A stretch of DNA of 64,000 bases from Nemertoderma westbladi. Taxonomy: Eukaryota; Animalia; Xenacoelomorpha. Position 1 is the first letter of the stretch. The number at the start of each line of letters is the position of its first letter. The stretch lies in contig JAUCBJ010008394.1 in assembly GCA_032718475.1 (NCBI GenBank), positions 101,786 to 165,785 on the forward strand, given 5' to 3'. Of this stretch, positions 40,282-53,415 are shown piece by piece. Position numbers and translations under genes: made by a program. Under the pieces are notes generated by a model. The model did no database searches. It was not told the DNA's origin and worked only from the letters and a program-made list of their open reading frames with translations.

Positions 40282-42390
40282 GGATTTGTTATTATATATT
40301 ATTATTTGTTTGTACCAGATGAATGCAAATAGTTGCGAATATTTGAACATTGTGATTGCAATGTGAAATATTTTAGAGAAATGTGACAATTTAAATAGTA
40401 TTATTCCCCTAAGTTTTATCAGAGTAATATAGCCCCAGTGTTTTTATAACATAGCTGAGGCGATCTTCAATTACTGTGGTTACCTTTGTTACTTTACTGA
40501 TCTGATAATGCACTGCGACGGTGAATAAAAACAATTTAAATGGTAGCTAAATGAGTACTGGAGTTTCCTCTGGGGAGAATAGTTCTGGGTGGACCGCACT
40601 GGAAATTTATCGACGGACTGTGTGCGTTTCCCTGACCTAACTGCCAAAGAAAATATACTTTACTAAAAACTTTACTTTTTAACTGACTTCACATTATAAT
40701 CGTACAGTACAAACCGATCCATGCTACTTTGCCTCAGGCAACAAAAGAAAAACATTTATCTACACTATTATTAACTACCAACTACACTAAAGAGTATTGG
40801 TGTTGTTTGAAAATACTGCACCTTAAATGGTTAACATAACAACATAACATAACAACCCATGTTGTTATCTATTATACAACTTCTATAAGAACCTAGGACC
40901 TCTCTGATTGGTTAACTAAACGAATATCTACAAAGCAGAATCAGATTATCCAAGTTGCCCCACTTACTTGGTGGTATTCATGTTTAATTTATTACAAGTG
41001 CCAATAATTAAGCTAATTTATTATTAGTCAATCGTATTATGTATGACTTATGACAATTTTATTATTTACTTCGAAAAAGATAATTAAAAACAATTTGTTA
41101 TTGGTAACGATTTGCTATCGATCAGTGGATCAGCCAGTCCACGACTTAAGGTGTAATCGCGGACTGGGTGAATTGGGGTGGATCATTTCTGTGTGTGTCG
41201 GAATTCCATCATAGTACAAGCTGATACATGTATTTTCATTCCTATTGCTTTTTGATAAGAATTCAGTATCATTATGCTGCATAAGCAATGTAGAATCTTT
41301 TCACTTTTAGGAAAAATTCGCAATGCTTGGTCATCTCTTATACATGGTGGGGAACGATCTAAAAGCACAATGTTATTTTCTGTGGATCCTGATGAAAACC
41401 TAAGTTCTGCCTGACTAATTAGATTAGTGGCATAAATCATAATTTTCTTTACGCATAGTGTGTTGAACCGAATGGATGCTAATTAGATGAAGGATTATAG
41501 TGAGTCAGTGAGTGGAAATAGAGGAATAGCACATTGTAAGGTACAGATTTACAACCTGTCTGGTGATGCATTTATAATAATATCAGTAATGCTTGTGGCA
41601 ATAACTCTGTTAAGTTTTAGGTTCTGTTACAATGTAAATAACTCGTTAGAGATGTTAAGATATATTATTATTATATTACTTAATTATTACATGTATATAT
41701 AGTAATAATGATTTTGATCTCCAAGTTATAATGTGCTCGCCGTTAATACTACTAATGGCTTTAATAAATGTTAAAGTTAATTAACGTTATTTAATTTGAT
41801 CATTACGATTAAATAACCCTTTTAAAGTTTTATAGAAAACATTTATAAAAAATTGCTTGAAACAAAGCAACTTTCAACCATTCTATAAGTGGTGGCAAAG
41901 AATTTATTTTCTTGTTTGCATTGCTTTCATATTTGGTTCACTTACTCTATTTTCTAATTCTAATCTATTTTTGATATACCTACCCAATTACCCATGCCAT
42001 GCATATGCTTTCCTAACTTTTATGACCTTTCAGTTGCTCTCTATACATGACCCAAGTTACTAGAATTCTTATTAGGATTACTAAGTTGATTGTTATCGAT
42101 GGTGGTCGCTTCTACATTATTAAAGTGTCGAAAACTTTGAATATATTTTTCTTGCAATTATTTTGCTAGAAAATCATTTCAGGACCATTCCTTAGGAAGT
42201 CAACAAAAATTCAAAATCGAAAAAGATAATAAATAACAAAGAATAAATAGAAATGGGTCAATTGTGAAAATTAACCCCTTTCCATTTTATTTGACAAAGA
42301 ATGTTTTTGCCACCACTTAATTTGTTATTTTTATACCATGTAATATGCAATTGATACACTACAGGTATATATATAGAGACAGTATATAAG

Positions 42391-43698
42391 ATGTCAGATG
42401 AACAGGTTCCCATAATCTCAAGTTCAATGAATAATAGTTGTTCAAATGAAAATTACCATCGAAAAGGATGGAGACTCTATATATTAGTGGCTATGTTGCT
42501 GAGTATTCAAGCAATACCAGGTTGGTGTCATAATCTATTGGAGTCCTTCTTCCCAATCGTTGTTGAAGAACGAGGTTGGTCAAAAACTCTGATTGGTGCA
42601 TTACTCTCAACGTTTTCAATGGTGAGGCTTACAATTTTTATTACTTGCCCTCATTCTATCAACAATTGGGGAACTCATATCTCTTTGGGTCTATTTGGAA
42701 TCATTGGAGCTGTTTCCCAGTTAGCATTTGGGTTTGTAGAATATATCCCAAATAATAATAATGGATTACATATATTCGCATGTTTTTCATTGCGCATCAT
42801 AGAAGCTGTTGGTCTCAACATCAGTTTTATGTATTCATTCAGTATATTGATGGAATTGTGGCCCACACAAAGAACTTTATTAGTCAGTGTAGCGGTTGTT
42901 ATTGGCAACCTAGGATTCATGGTTGCACCAGGTTTTGGTTCTACAGTTTTTGCTGCTTTGGGTTTTGAATTTCCATTCATAATATCAAGTTTGATGTTTC
43001 TCATTTTCATCCTTTACAGCTGGATGGAGTCACCAGATTACATTCAAGACAGATGTGAATTAAAAGAAGCCAGACCAACTTACCTTGGAGTTCTGAAGAA
43101 TCCAGCAATAACTCTTATATTTATTTTGAGTGCATATTTTAGAATAGCTTCATCATTTACAGTTGCCAACTATGCTGCTTACATTCATCACACTTACAAT
43201 GTGAACCAGTATAATATTGGTCAGATATATATGATCTATCCTAGCACTCAATTATTCACAGGTATTATAATGAGTTTATTGATGAAGAACTTGAGGACTA
43301 TCTTCCCTACTGTATTTGGTGTAATTATAATAGCAGTCTCAATGCAACTAATAGGCCCTACAGAACTTCTCGGTTTACCTCATTATCTCCCCGTCTCTGT
43401 TACTGGATGCACTCTCCTTGGATTTGGTACAGGTTTATACATGACCCCTGCATTGGAAACGCAAACACAACTGGCTGTGAAGGTTTGTGGTTATCCAGAC
43501 AACGTCGACACAAGATCTCTCCTCCAACAAATGTATCGAATATCACTGTCTATTGGAACCATTATAGGTCCCATTTTTGGCGGATTTCTCAATGATAATT
43601 TAGGAATGCAAACTGCTTGTTCGCTTCTCAGTCTGTTGGGGTTGCCTTTTCTCTTCTCTTTAGTGGCTGTATGGGTATTGAGATGCCAAGTTGACTAG
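42391..43698 (+). CDS. MFS transporter, SLC18B1-like, copy 2 (435 aa)
   Basis: Differs from copy 1 by E5Q and a C-terminal F>C in the ORF track. Confidence 0.85.
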   Translation: MSDEQVPIISSSMNNSCSNENYHRKGWRLYILVAMLLSIQAIPGWCHNLLESFFPIVVEERGWSKTLIGALLSTFSMVRLTIFITCPHSINNWGTHISLGLFGIIGAVSQLAFGFVEYIPNNNNGLHIFACFSLRIIEAVGLNISFMYSFSILMELWPTQRTLLVSVAVVIGNLGFMVAPGFGSTVFAALGFEFPFIISSLMFLIFILYSWMESPDYIQDRCELKEARPTYLGVLKNPAITLIFILSAYFRIASSFTVANYAAYIHHTYNVNQYNIGQIYMIYPSTQLFTGIIMSLLMKNLRTIFPTVFGVIIIAVSMQLIGPTELLGLPHYLPVSVTGCTLLGFGTGLYMTPALETQTQLAVKVCGYPDNVDTRSLLQQMYRISLSIGTIIGPIFGGFLNDNLGMQTACSLLSLLGLPFLFSLVAVWVLRCQVD

Positions 43699-44523
43699 GT
43701 GAAATTTATCCAATTGATTATACACTTTGTGCTTTAGACCTTTCTGAATGATAAACTTAATTATATTGTAGTTTCATTCTAGATATTGCAAAAACCGGAA
43801 TTATTTTGTAGGTTTTATTCTAATAAGTCATTCATTTAAACAATCCATTTAGATATTTAATTTTTTGAGAAAAACCATACATAATATTCAGGAACATATT
43901 AGGCATCATGACATGGTTGTATTGTATTGCTTGCCCCCAACTTTGGGTTCTCTATTTGGTGCTGCCTAACATGATCACAAATATTTTGTATTTTGTGTTC
44001 AACTTATATCCCATTAAAAGAGGGCCGAAATAATGAATCAACAATATATGATAAGGTGCTTGTTACCCTTAGAAACAGGGAAATGTATACCTACCAAACT
44101 CCAGAGAAGCATTAAAATCCTGTCCAATCATAAAGGGAATGGGTTAGATCCCTACCCAGTTATTGACTACAGTGTACCGCGAAACTAGCATGGAATCACT
44201 CTCCTTGTTGTAGCTTCCAAAATATACAACAATATATTTTATTAGCAAGTCGTTAGACTTGATTACTGTAAGAAAAAAAAGCTACTGACTACTGACCTAG
44301 AGCAAAAACGGCTCTTACGATTTTGATAAAATTTTGCAGGAACCATGAAAATAGATTTCAATGGGTACTTGTGCAATCGCGGTTTAAATTGAAACCAGCC
44401 AGACAAGTAAGCAAACATTAACTGGTTTAGCTGGCTATTACAGTCTCAGCTGAATAACTCTTCCCAATGCATCCTTTGGGAAAATCTACTCACTCTGCTA
44501 TGTTAGACTGCTATGCCCTCCAG

Positions 44524-45254
44524 AACTCCAGAAGGACCAAAATTTTGACAGTTAACTTTGAAAGTCCTCAGCAAGTCTCTGATCGGATGAGCATAAGCTC
44601 AAAAGATGGTATGCTTGAGCATGTGGATGACTTCTGTTACCTGGGATCATGGATCCGGAAGACAGGTGAGGACCTTCGAATACGTAAGGGAAAGGCATGG
44701 GCAGCCTTGAATAGGCTTTCCAGGATTTGGAAGTCACCGAGAATTAATCGGAAACTTAAGGTCCGATTATTTAGAGCAGCAGTAGTTCCAGTACTCCTCT
44801 ATGGGAGTCCATGCTGGGCTGTAACTGCTGAGGACACCAAATCTCTGGATGGTACATTCACAAGAATGCTACGCCGGGTTCATTGTGTCAAGTACAATGC
44901 ACACATCTCCAACGAGACACTATATAACATTGGAGGTATCTCATTGGTTCCCCCAAGCTTGACACTAGAACAATCGCCTCCGCTTTGCAGGACATTGCTT
45001 TCGCCGTGAGGACCAGCCAGTGCATAATCTTGTACTTTGGCAGCCTCATGGAGTGAATAAGCATGGTGGACAGCCCATGACTTTCTTGAGACGCATCTTA
45101 AAGGACACTGGCCTTGAAGATGCGGATGATCTAGCAAATGTCATGGGTGATGGGAGTTGTGGCGGCGCAATTTTGTCGACAAGCCGGCACAGCATTCTTA
45201 AAAATGCAGCTGCAATGCAGCATGCCGATCCTAGTAGTAGTCCTAGTAGTAGTA
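44524..45254 (+). mobile_element. RTE-B fragment, apparently chimeric
   Basis: 5' part and left flank match the 26197 copy; 3' ~130 bp carries different variants and lacks the right TSD. Confidence 0.85.
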
Positions 45255-45255
45255 G

Positions 45256-45447
45256 ACAACCGACAGCCAACCACTGCCGACAACAGCAAAAATGAAAATG
45301 TAACCTGAGTTCGTGACTCTCGTTTATTGTTTTGGTTAGAATAACCTTCCACTGTAACCTGTCCCTTTCCCTCAATTAATAATTAATATTAATTAGCTTT
45401 AATAATGATTGTCGGCGTTGGTTTTCGGCTGTCGGTTGTTGGCGTAG
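45256..45447. mobile_element. small MITE-like inverted-repeat element
   Basis: acaaccgacagccaaccactgccgacaa ... ttgtcggcgttggttttcggctgtcggttgt. Confidence 0.6.
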
Positions 45448-45678
45448 CGTTTGCACTTCTTATCAGGTGTTTAGAGGAGGAATTAGAGGAGGAAAATTCA
45501 AAATTCATAATCTTTCACTGGATCTCAATTCACCTCAATTCAACACTTCTCAGTGGTTATAATAAATTTCTGTTTGAAATAAGTTGACTTTTAATCACTT
45601 TATAAGGGTTAGATAAAAAAATGTACTGTAAAATCAAGATATTACTTACTGTACTGGTTTATACACATAATATAGAAG

Positions 45679-47004
45679 ATGTCAGATAAAGAGGCTCCTA
45701 TAAAGTCAAGTCCAATGAATATAAGTCGTTCATATAAAAATGGTCACCAAAAGGGCTGGAGACTTTATATGTTAGTGTCCATGAGAATGTATCAAATTTT
45801 GCTTGCGTATCAAATGATACCAGGTTGGTGTCATAATCTATTGGAGTCCTTCTTCCCAATTGTTGTTGAAGAACGAGGTTGGTCAAAAACTCTGATTGGT
45901 GCATTACTCTCAACGTTTTCAATGGTGAGGCTTACAATTTGTATTACTTGCCCTCATTCTATCAACAATTGGGGAACTCATATCTCTTTGGGTCTATTTG
46001 GAATCATTGGAGCTGTTTCCCAGTTAGCATTTGGGTTTGTAGAATATATCCCAAATAATAATAATGGATTACATATATTCGCATGTTTTTCATTGCGCAT
46101 CATAGAAGCTGTTGGTCTCAACATCAGTTTTATGTATTCATTCAGTATATTGATGGAATTGTGGCCCACACAAAGAACTTTATTAGTCAGTGTAGCGGTT
46201 GTTATTGGCAACCTAGGATTCATGGTTGCACCAGGTTTTGGTTCTACAGTTTTTGCTGCTTTGGGTTTTGAATTTCCATTCATAATATCAAGTTTGATGT
46301 TTCTCATTTTCATCCTTTACAGTTGGATAGAGTCACCAGCTTACATTCAAGACAGATGTGAATTTAAAGAAGCCAGACCAACTTACCTTGGAGTTCTGAA
46401 GAATCCAGCAATAACTCTTATATTTATTTTGAGTGCATATTTTAGAATAGCTTCATCATTTACAGTTTCCAACTATGCTGCTTACATTCATCACGCCTAC
46501 AATGTGAACCAATACAATATTGGTCGGATATATATGATATCTCCTAGTATTCAAACCTTCATAGGTATAATAATGAGTTTGATGATGAAGAAAATGAAGA
46601 CCATCTTTCCTATTGTATTTGGAGTAATGATAGTAGCATTAGCAATGCAACTAATAGGTCCTACAGAACTTCTTGGTTTACCTCATTATCTCCCCGTCTC
46701 TGTTACTGGATGCGCTCTCCTTGGATTTGGTGCAGGTTTATACATGACCCCTGCGTTGGAAACGCAAACACAACTGGCTGTGAAGGTTTGTGGTTACCCA
46801 GACAACGTCGACACAAGATCTCTCCTCCAACAAATGTATCGAATATCACTGTCTATTGGAACCATTATAGGTCCCATTTTTGGCGGATTTCTCAATGATA
46901 ATTTTGGAATGCAAACTGCTTGTTCGCTTCTCAGTCTGTTGGGGTTGCCTTTTCTCTTCTCTTTAGTGGCTGTATGGGTATACTTTGTGCAAAGACCTTT
47001 CTGA
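45679..47004 (+). CDS. MFS transporter, SLC18B1-like, copy 3 (441 aa, mosaic)
   Basis: Distinct N-terminus and upstream region; centre almost identical to copies 1/2; new C-terminus YFVQRPF from a deletion spanning the old stop. Confidence 0.85.
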   Translation: MSDKEAPIKSSPMNISRSYKNGHQKGWRLYMLVSMRMYQILLAYQMIPGWCHNLLESFFPIVVEERGWSKTLIGALLSTFSMVRLTICITCPHSINNWGTHISLGLFGIIGAVSQLAFGFVEYIPNNNNGLHIFACFSLRIIEAVGLNISFMYSFSILMELWPTQRTLLVSVAVVIGNLGFMVAPGFGSTVFAALGFEFPFIISSLMFLIFILYSWIESPAYIQDRCEFKEARPTYLGVLKNPAITLIFILSAYFRIASSFTVSNYAAYIHHAYNVNQYNIGRIYMISPSIQTFIGIIMSLMMKKMKTIFPIVFGVMIVALAMQLIGPTELLGLPHYLPVSVTGCALLGFGAGLYMTPALETQTQLAVKVCGYPDNVDTRSLLQQMYRISLSIGTIIGPIFGGFLNDNFGMQTACSLLSLLGLPFLFSLVAVWVYFVQRPF

Positions 47005-47764
47005 ATGATAAACTTAATTATATTGTAGTTTCATTCTAGATATTGCAAAAACCGGAATTATTTTGTAGGTTTTATTCTAATAAGTCATTCATTTAAACAA
47101 TCCATTTTGATATTTCATTTTTTGAGAAAAACCATACTTAATATTCAGGAACATATTAGGCATCATGACAGGGTTGTATTGTATTGCTTGCCCCAACTTT
47201 GGGTTCTCTATTTGGTGCTGCCTAACATGATCACAAATATTTTGTATTTTGTGTTCAATTTATATCCCATTAAAAGAGGGCCGAAATAATGAATCAACAA
47301 TATATGATAAGGTGCTTGTTACCCTTAGAAACAGGGAAATGTATACCTACCAAACTCCAGAGAAGCATTAAAATCCTGTCCAATCATAAAGGGAATGTGT
47401 TAGATCCCTACCCAGTTATTGACTACAGTGTACCGCGAAACTAGCATGGAATCACTCTCCTTGTTATAGCTTCCAAAATATACAACAAAATATTTTATTA
47501 GCATTACTGTAAGAAAAAAAAGCTACTGACTACTGACCTAGAGCAAAAACGGCTCTTACGATTTTGATAAAATTTTGCAGGAACCATGAAAATAGATTTC
47601 AATGGGTACTTGTGCAATCGCGGTTTAAATTGAAACCAGCCAGACAAGTAAGCAAACATTAACTGGTTTAGCTGGCTATTACAGTCTCAGCTGAATAACT
47701 CTTCCCAATGCATCCTTTGGGAAAATCTACTCACTCTGCTATGTTAGACTGCTATGCCCTCCAG

Positions 47765-48494
47765 AACTCCAGAAAGACCAAAATTTTGACAGTTAACTTT
47801 GAAAGTCCTCAGCAAGTCTCTGATCGGATGAGCATAAGCTCAAAAGATGGTATGCTTGAGCATGTGGATGACTGCTGTTACCTGGGATCATGGATCCGGA
47901 AGACAGGTGAGGACCTTCGAATACATAAGGGAAAGGCATGGGCAGCCTTGAATAGGCTTTCCAGGATTTGGAAGTCACCGAGAATTAATCGGAAACTTAA
48001 GGTCCGATTATTTAGAGCAGCAGTAGTTCCAGTACTCCTCTATGGGAGTCCATGCTGGGCTGTAACTGCTGAGGACACCAAATCTCTGGATGGTACGTTC
48101 ACAAGAATGCTACGCCGGGTTCATTGTGTCAAGTACAATGCACACATCTCCAACGAGACACTATATAACATTGGAGGTGTCTCATTGGTTCCCCCAAGCT
48201 TGACACTAGAACAATCGCCTCCGCTTTGCAGGACATTGCTTTCGCCGTGAGGACCAGCCAGTGCATAATCTTGTACTTTGGCAGCCTCATGGAGTGAATA
48301 AGCATGGTGGACAGCCCATGACTTTCTTGAGACGCATCTTAAAGGACACTGGCCTTGAAGATGCGGATAATCTAGCAAATGTCATGGGTGATAGGGAGTT
48401 GTGGCGGTGCAATTTTGTCGATGAGCCGGCACAGCATTCCTAAAAATGCAGCTGCAATGCAGCATGCCGATCCTAGTAGTAGTAGTAGTAGTAG
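47765..48494 (+). mobile_element. RTE-B fragment (paralog of 26197-26923)
   Basis: Same junctions and TATGCCCT TSD on both sides. Confidence 0.9.
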
Positions 48495-48548
48495 TATGCC
48501 CTGGATTCAATAAAAGCGAATGTCTATTACAGTGAATGACGAGCTGAA

Positions 48549-48790
48549 CCTGAACTTCTTACACAATAGTGTTTGGTGGTGCAGGTTCGAATCCGACTAA
48601 AGGCTGTAGAAATTTCGCACTGTTGTGTCCCTAGGCAAGACACTTTAGACATTAGTGCCTACGCCAACACAGCGGTATAATGGGAACCTGGCTTTGCTGG
48701 GGTAATGATAATAAAAGCGCTTTGAGTATGCTGAGTGTAGAAAAGCGCTATATAAATAACCAATATTATTATTATTATTATTAATAATAA
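48549..48790 (+). mobile_element. tRNA/CORE SINE, A box removed by deletion
   Basis: Matches 33064-33303. Confidence 0.88.
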
Positions 48791-51700
48791 TTTGACACCA
48801 CCTAGCGGATTAATATATAATTGTATATCGATGGAATACATTTTATAGCATGGGGTATAGGGTCCGAGCCACGAAGTCGGCGGAGCCTTTGCGAACTGAC
48901 GCTATCTCTTAGGGGGGTAGGTCAATTATGGCAAATAGTTCATTCAATAATGGTACTGTATGTCATCATCGTCGCTACCTACGATTTTGACTTACTTATA
49001 ACTTCGTCAGATTTAAAGCTTCATATCATGTCATGGCAATCTTGTTTCGTAAATGGCAAAAGTCCTTTCTCAGATTGATATAGCTGCATTTTATTATGAG
49101 TTTCCAACTTTTGAATTTTTTGGATCTATCACCTTACATCCATCTCTACAGGTAAGGCAAAATCTCTCTCAAAACTAAATGCGATGAAACTAGTGATCGC
49201 AAATTTTGATCCAACTCTCTTTATGACCCTTTTCATTGCCTAATGCAACCTATTACTACAATGTTTTGCATCATTTATTACATAAACATAATATTCTAGT
49301 GTTATAATGTGGAACAACATAATGAGCAAATAAAATTGCAGTCATGTGGTGGAGAACGGTTGGACAGTAGAAAGTACCAAGCATCTACTCAACTATAAGG
49401 ATTGTTAACAACTTCCTACTTACTCTTCCCTACTGTTCCTTTTGTTTGGCTTGTGTTATGCAAATTTACACAGAATTTTCATGAACAAACATATGATCCG
49501 CAAAATAAAATTTTATTTCAAAATATGTGGTTCGGATTGATTGCGAAATACTTACGGTTTTTTTTGCTGGATTGGCTCAACTATTTGAAGAAGATGCCAC
49601 CAAAGTGCTGGTTAATAGCAAGGAGACTGCCCATAAATATTGATGCTGACCAGCACTTGATCGATCGAATTAACTTGACTCCTTTAGATGGATCTGAAGG
49701 AGCTTTTGTTTTCTTAGGTCATCTTAGTTACGTGGGAAATTATTTATCACGGGTGGTGAAGGACAATATTTTTTGCCGATAGATGCTCAAGTAGTATTAA
49801 ATCGAAATCAGGCTTTTACTACATATTGTACAACAGTATTACAGTATCGTAGTAGTAGATACAGCTTCTGAACTGCTTTCGTAATAGTGGTTGTTGGTGG
49901 CGAAGGTTCAAATCCAACTGTGGTCTGTAGAAATTTTGCACTGTTGTTTCCCTAAGTAAGACACTTTCGACATTTTAGTGATTATGCAAATCCTGCAGTT
50001 CAATGTGAACCAGGCTTTGCTGTGTTAGTAAAGAAATGGTTGGATAGTTAAAAACTGTTCATTCTTGGCCGGTGGCGCCTTATTGTATACCTTATAGGTA
50101 ATAAGTCGGGAGAGAGTGAGAAGCGCTTTTGGGTAGCCTCCGAAGTTGACTGATCACGTTTTTATATGACTTGCCAATCAGCCTAACTACCTGTGGATTC
50201 AGTATCCGCATGTTGCATGAAGGCTTTCTGGAGTGCAGCTCAATCTTGTTTAATCTCCTTAGGTGGGGTTACCACAATAGCTGCGTGGTTCAGTAATAGA
50301 TGAAATGAAAAATTTTGAAGAGATACTTTATATGATGGCACTTCATTTATGTACCACTCGCCACTGGAATGACAATCTTAAAAGAACAAGCAACATATTG
50401 TTTGTTTTCTTAATCAAGCAAAGTGTTAATCTGTCAAAACAGTATCTGTTGAAAGTGGTTGTGGTTTGGCAGAGATGATATGGAAAATATCTTAAATGAA
50501 ATTATCCTAAAAGTGTCTGATGCTTTAGATAGTGTCTGAGTCAATCACATAAGGAATTTTAATTGACAGTAGTACCGTGTGCAAGAATCTACAGGATTAT
50601 ATCCATTAGAGCTAAGCACATTTGGCTTTCCTAGCTAGCCTCACAAATACAGGATCAGCATGCTATATGGCTGGGAAGAGTGAAATTAAAAAATGTTTTG
50701 AGTTAAATGGTAGTGTGTGCGGGTAGTAATTTAGATCATATAATTATCCCATATTCTTAGAATTAATTATACTCATATTTGTTATTATTATAATCTATTT
50801 TATACCAACATTGTCCCATTACCAATAGTAACCATCGAATATTTGTTTCGGTAACCATCGGTTATTGACTGTGCTTGTCGGTTATTGGCTGTGCTTGTCG
50901 GTTATTGGCTGTGCTTGTCGGTTATTGGCTGTGTTTGTCGGTTATTGGATGTGGTAGTCCGTTATTGGCTGTGGTTGTCTGTTATTGGCTGTCAAACATG
51001 GTTTCTCTTCAATCAGTTGCCGAATTAGACTTTACACCCGACTTCATTATTACATTCATATTATTTCCAGAAAGGCGAAAATTAATTACAAAACTAATGA
51101 ATAAACTCTTTAGTGTTGGAATGAGATTCTGGCCTACTTTTAATGAATTCCATTCCTTATATATGTAGTTGATAACCATGATATAATTGAATCCCAGAAT
51201 AAATAAATAATTGAACCCCAGAATAAATAAAAATAATAATTTAAAAAACAACAGAATCTCGGTACGTTTCACTGAATTGGCGGTGTTGACGATAAATCTA
51301 CCAAGGACAAATTCTGCGGAACTCAAAAGTTAGAGCGCAATAATGTTTACTTTCACCCTGTGCAATAAATCTAAAATTGTAAGGTTGTAAAGAAATGTTG
51401 TTGAGTGATGATTGAATCCTAAGCCATAAGGGATGCATCTTCCTGCCTACAGAGAATTGGTTCACTTTTTGTGTGGATTATGGAATTAACAGGAGACCGT
51501 ATGGGTTCAATTACAGGGGCGAAGGAACCAGTATAATAATAGATTAATGAAGCTCTGCTTCCTTGTGGTATCCCGCTATCAGGCCATTCGAACAAGCCAA
51601 TTACCTCCAACAAAAGGGCTGTAAGTACATCCATCTTAACATTACTGGACTGTTAATAATTAAATCTACGGCAGGGGTCGCATTCCACGGTTGGCATGGA

Positions 51701-51940
51701 CGTTATATTACATACAGGAAACCACGCCTTAGTGGCAACAAATCATTTAATACGTCTTCTTGTTTGATGCAATACGTAGCTAATACTGCGCGTAGCTAAT
51801 ATTCGCCGGAGATATAGCATATAAAAATCCCCGCCCTCCTCCCCACATTGGAATTAGGTACACATTACACAGGGTTGTTCCATCAAGTAAACCTTGGCAC
51901 ATATTTTCCGACTTACTAATAATCATATAATTCTAACTGG

Positions 51941-52276
51941 GGGTAAACGCTCTGCCTACACCTACGCCTAAGCCTACACACCTAGAAGTAGTTAGTTAGT
52001 TTTATTGTCGAGATGCATATAAATTTAACAATATATAATAAACCCATTGACTGTCCAAAAGTTGCATAGCAGACGTAATACCTAACTTCATTGATTAATG
52101 TAGAACACAATTATAATTATAGCATTATAATAAATATAACAATAACCAAACCAATAAACGAGGAAGGATGTATTAGGAATATTGTAGAAAATCCAATTTA
52201 ATTAAGAATCAATAGTCGTATGTATAGGCATACCGGCTTACGGTACATGTGTGTTGTGTAGGCGTAGCATTTACCC
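51941..52276. mobile_element. MITE with GGG termini
   Basis: gggtaaacgctctgcctaca vs reverse complement gggtaaatgctacgcctaca (17/20). Confidence 0.6.
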
Positions 52277-53415
52277 TTTAACTAAAAATATTGCGATTTT
52301 CACTAAAAATAATTACAATTTAAACTAAAAAAATTTGACAATCACTAAAATAATATCAGCACTACCTATTATATACTAATTTCATATCGAACATGGTTTA
52401 AGGATTTGCAGTTTGTTTTCCTTCAAAGAATAACTTCAAGAGTCAACCAATAGGCAATCTTCGTCTGCTAGCAACCCTTTCCCGCTAATTTTAAATTATG
52501 GGAAAGGAACAGGTGACAGTGGCATATATTTATATAATCATAACAACAAACATGAGTCAATAGTCAGCTATACAATATCTGAATTAAATTGTATTTATTT
52601 ATCGAGCCATGATTTTCCTTATTTTTTCCAAGTTGATTTTTCTTGGACGAAAATTGCACCCAATTCTTCCTATGGATTGGACATTGGGTTCAATCTCCTA
52701 TACATTCTGAACAAATAAGGTTACATACAGTATTTGTTGAAGTTATAAGAACGACATTGTAAACAAAATAATCGTGAAATTTTAAGAACAATAATTGAAT
52801 ATATTATAAATATAAATTTTAAGTACAATTTATTGTGGGGAAAGTGATTAAATTTAGTGAAAAGTAATTAAATTTGAAATAATTTGTTGTGAAATTTGAT
52901 TATATTTTGTGGATACAAAGTTAGATGACAAATGATTATTATTAGTGTTAAATAAACTTGTTTGTTGCCTTTATCATTTTTATAATTTTTACTGCCAGTC
53001 TAAACAAAATTTCACTCAAAATCAATTATAAAATTTAAATATTGCGAAGATAGATATAATTATATGGTAGATATGGTGCCTATTTCACCCACTACCCCCC
53101 ACTCCCCCTGCTATCAGCGCCAGGGTGTCCAGTCCATGGTCCATTAGTGTCACTTCGCTACTGTGGCGTTTCAACCAAACCCCCCCCCCCCCCCCCCCCC
53201 CCCCTCTGAGGAGCCAAACATAAAATTTACAAGGATTCTCGAGTAAGCGTGAAGAAATTCGACATGTCCTTAATACTTTTGCGACTTCCGCAACTTCGGT
53301 TTGTGAAACTGACATTGTTAAATAATTTATGAGTGTGAATCTAGATAAACTCCAAAACAACACATACCAAAAATATAATAATACCAGACCTAAATAAAAT
53401 ACTTTAATTACGTTA

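Larger units (their letters stand above)
37598..51664 (+). repeat. tandem segmental duplication, unit 2 (extra MFS module, several indels)
   Basis: Colinear with unit 1 apart from the indels described under findings. Confidence 0.92.
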
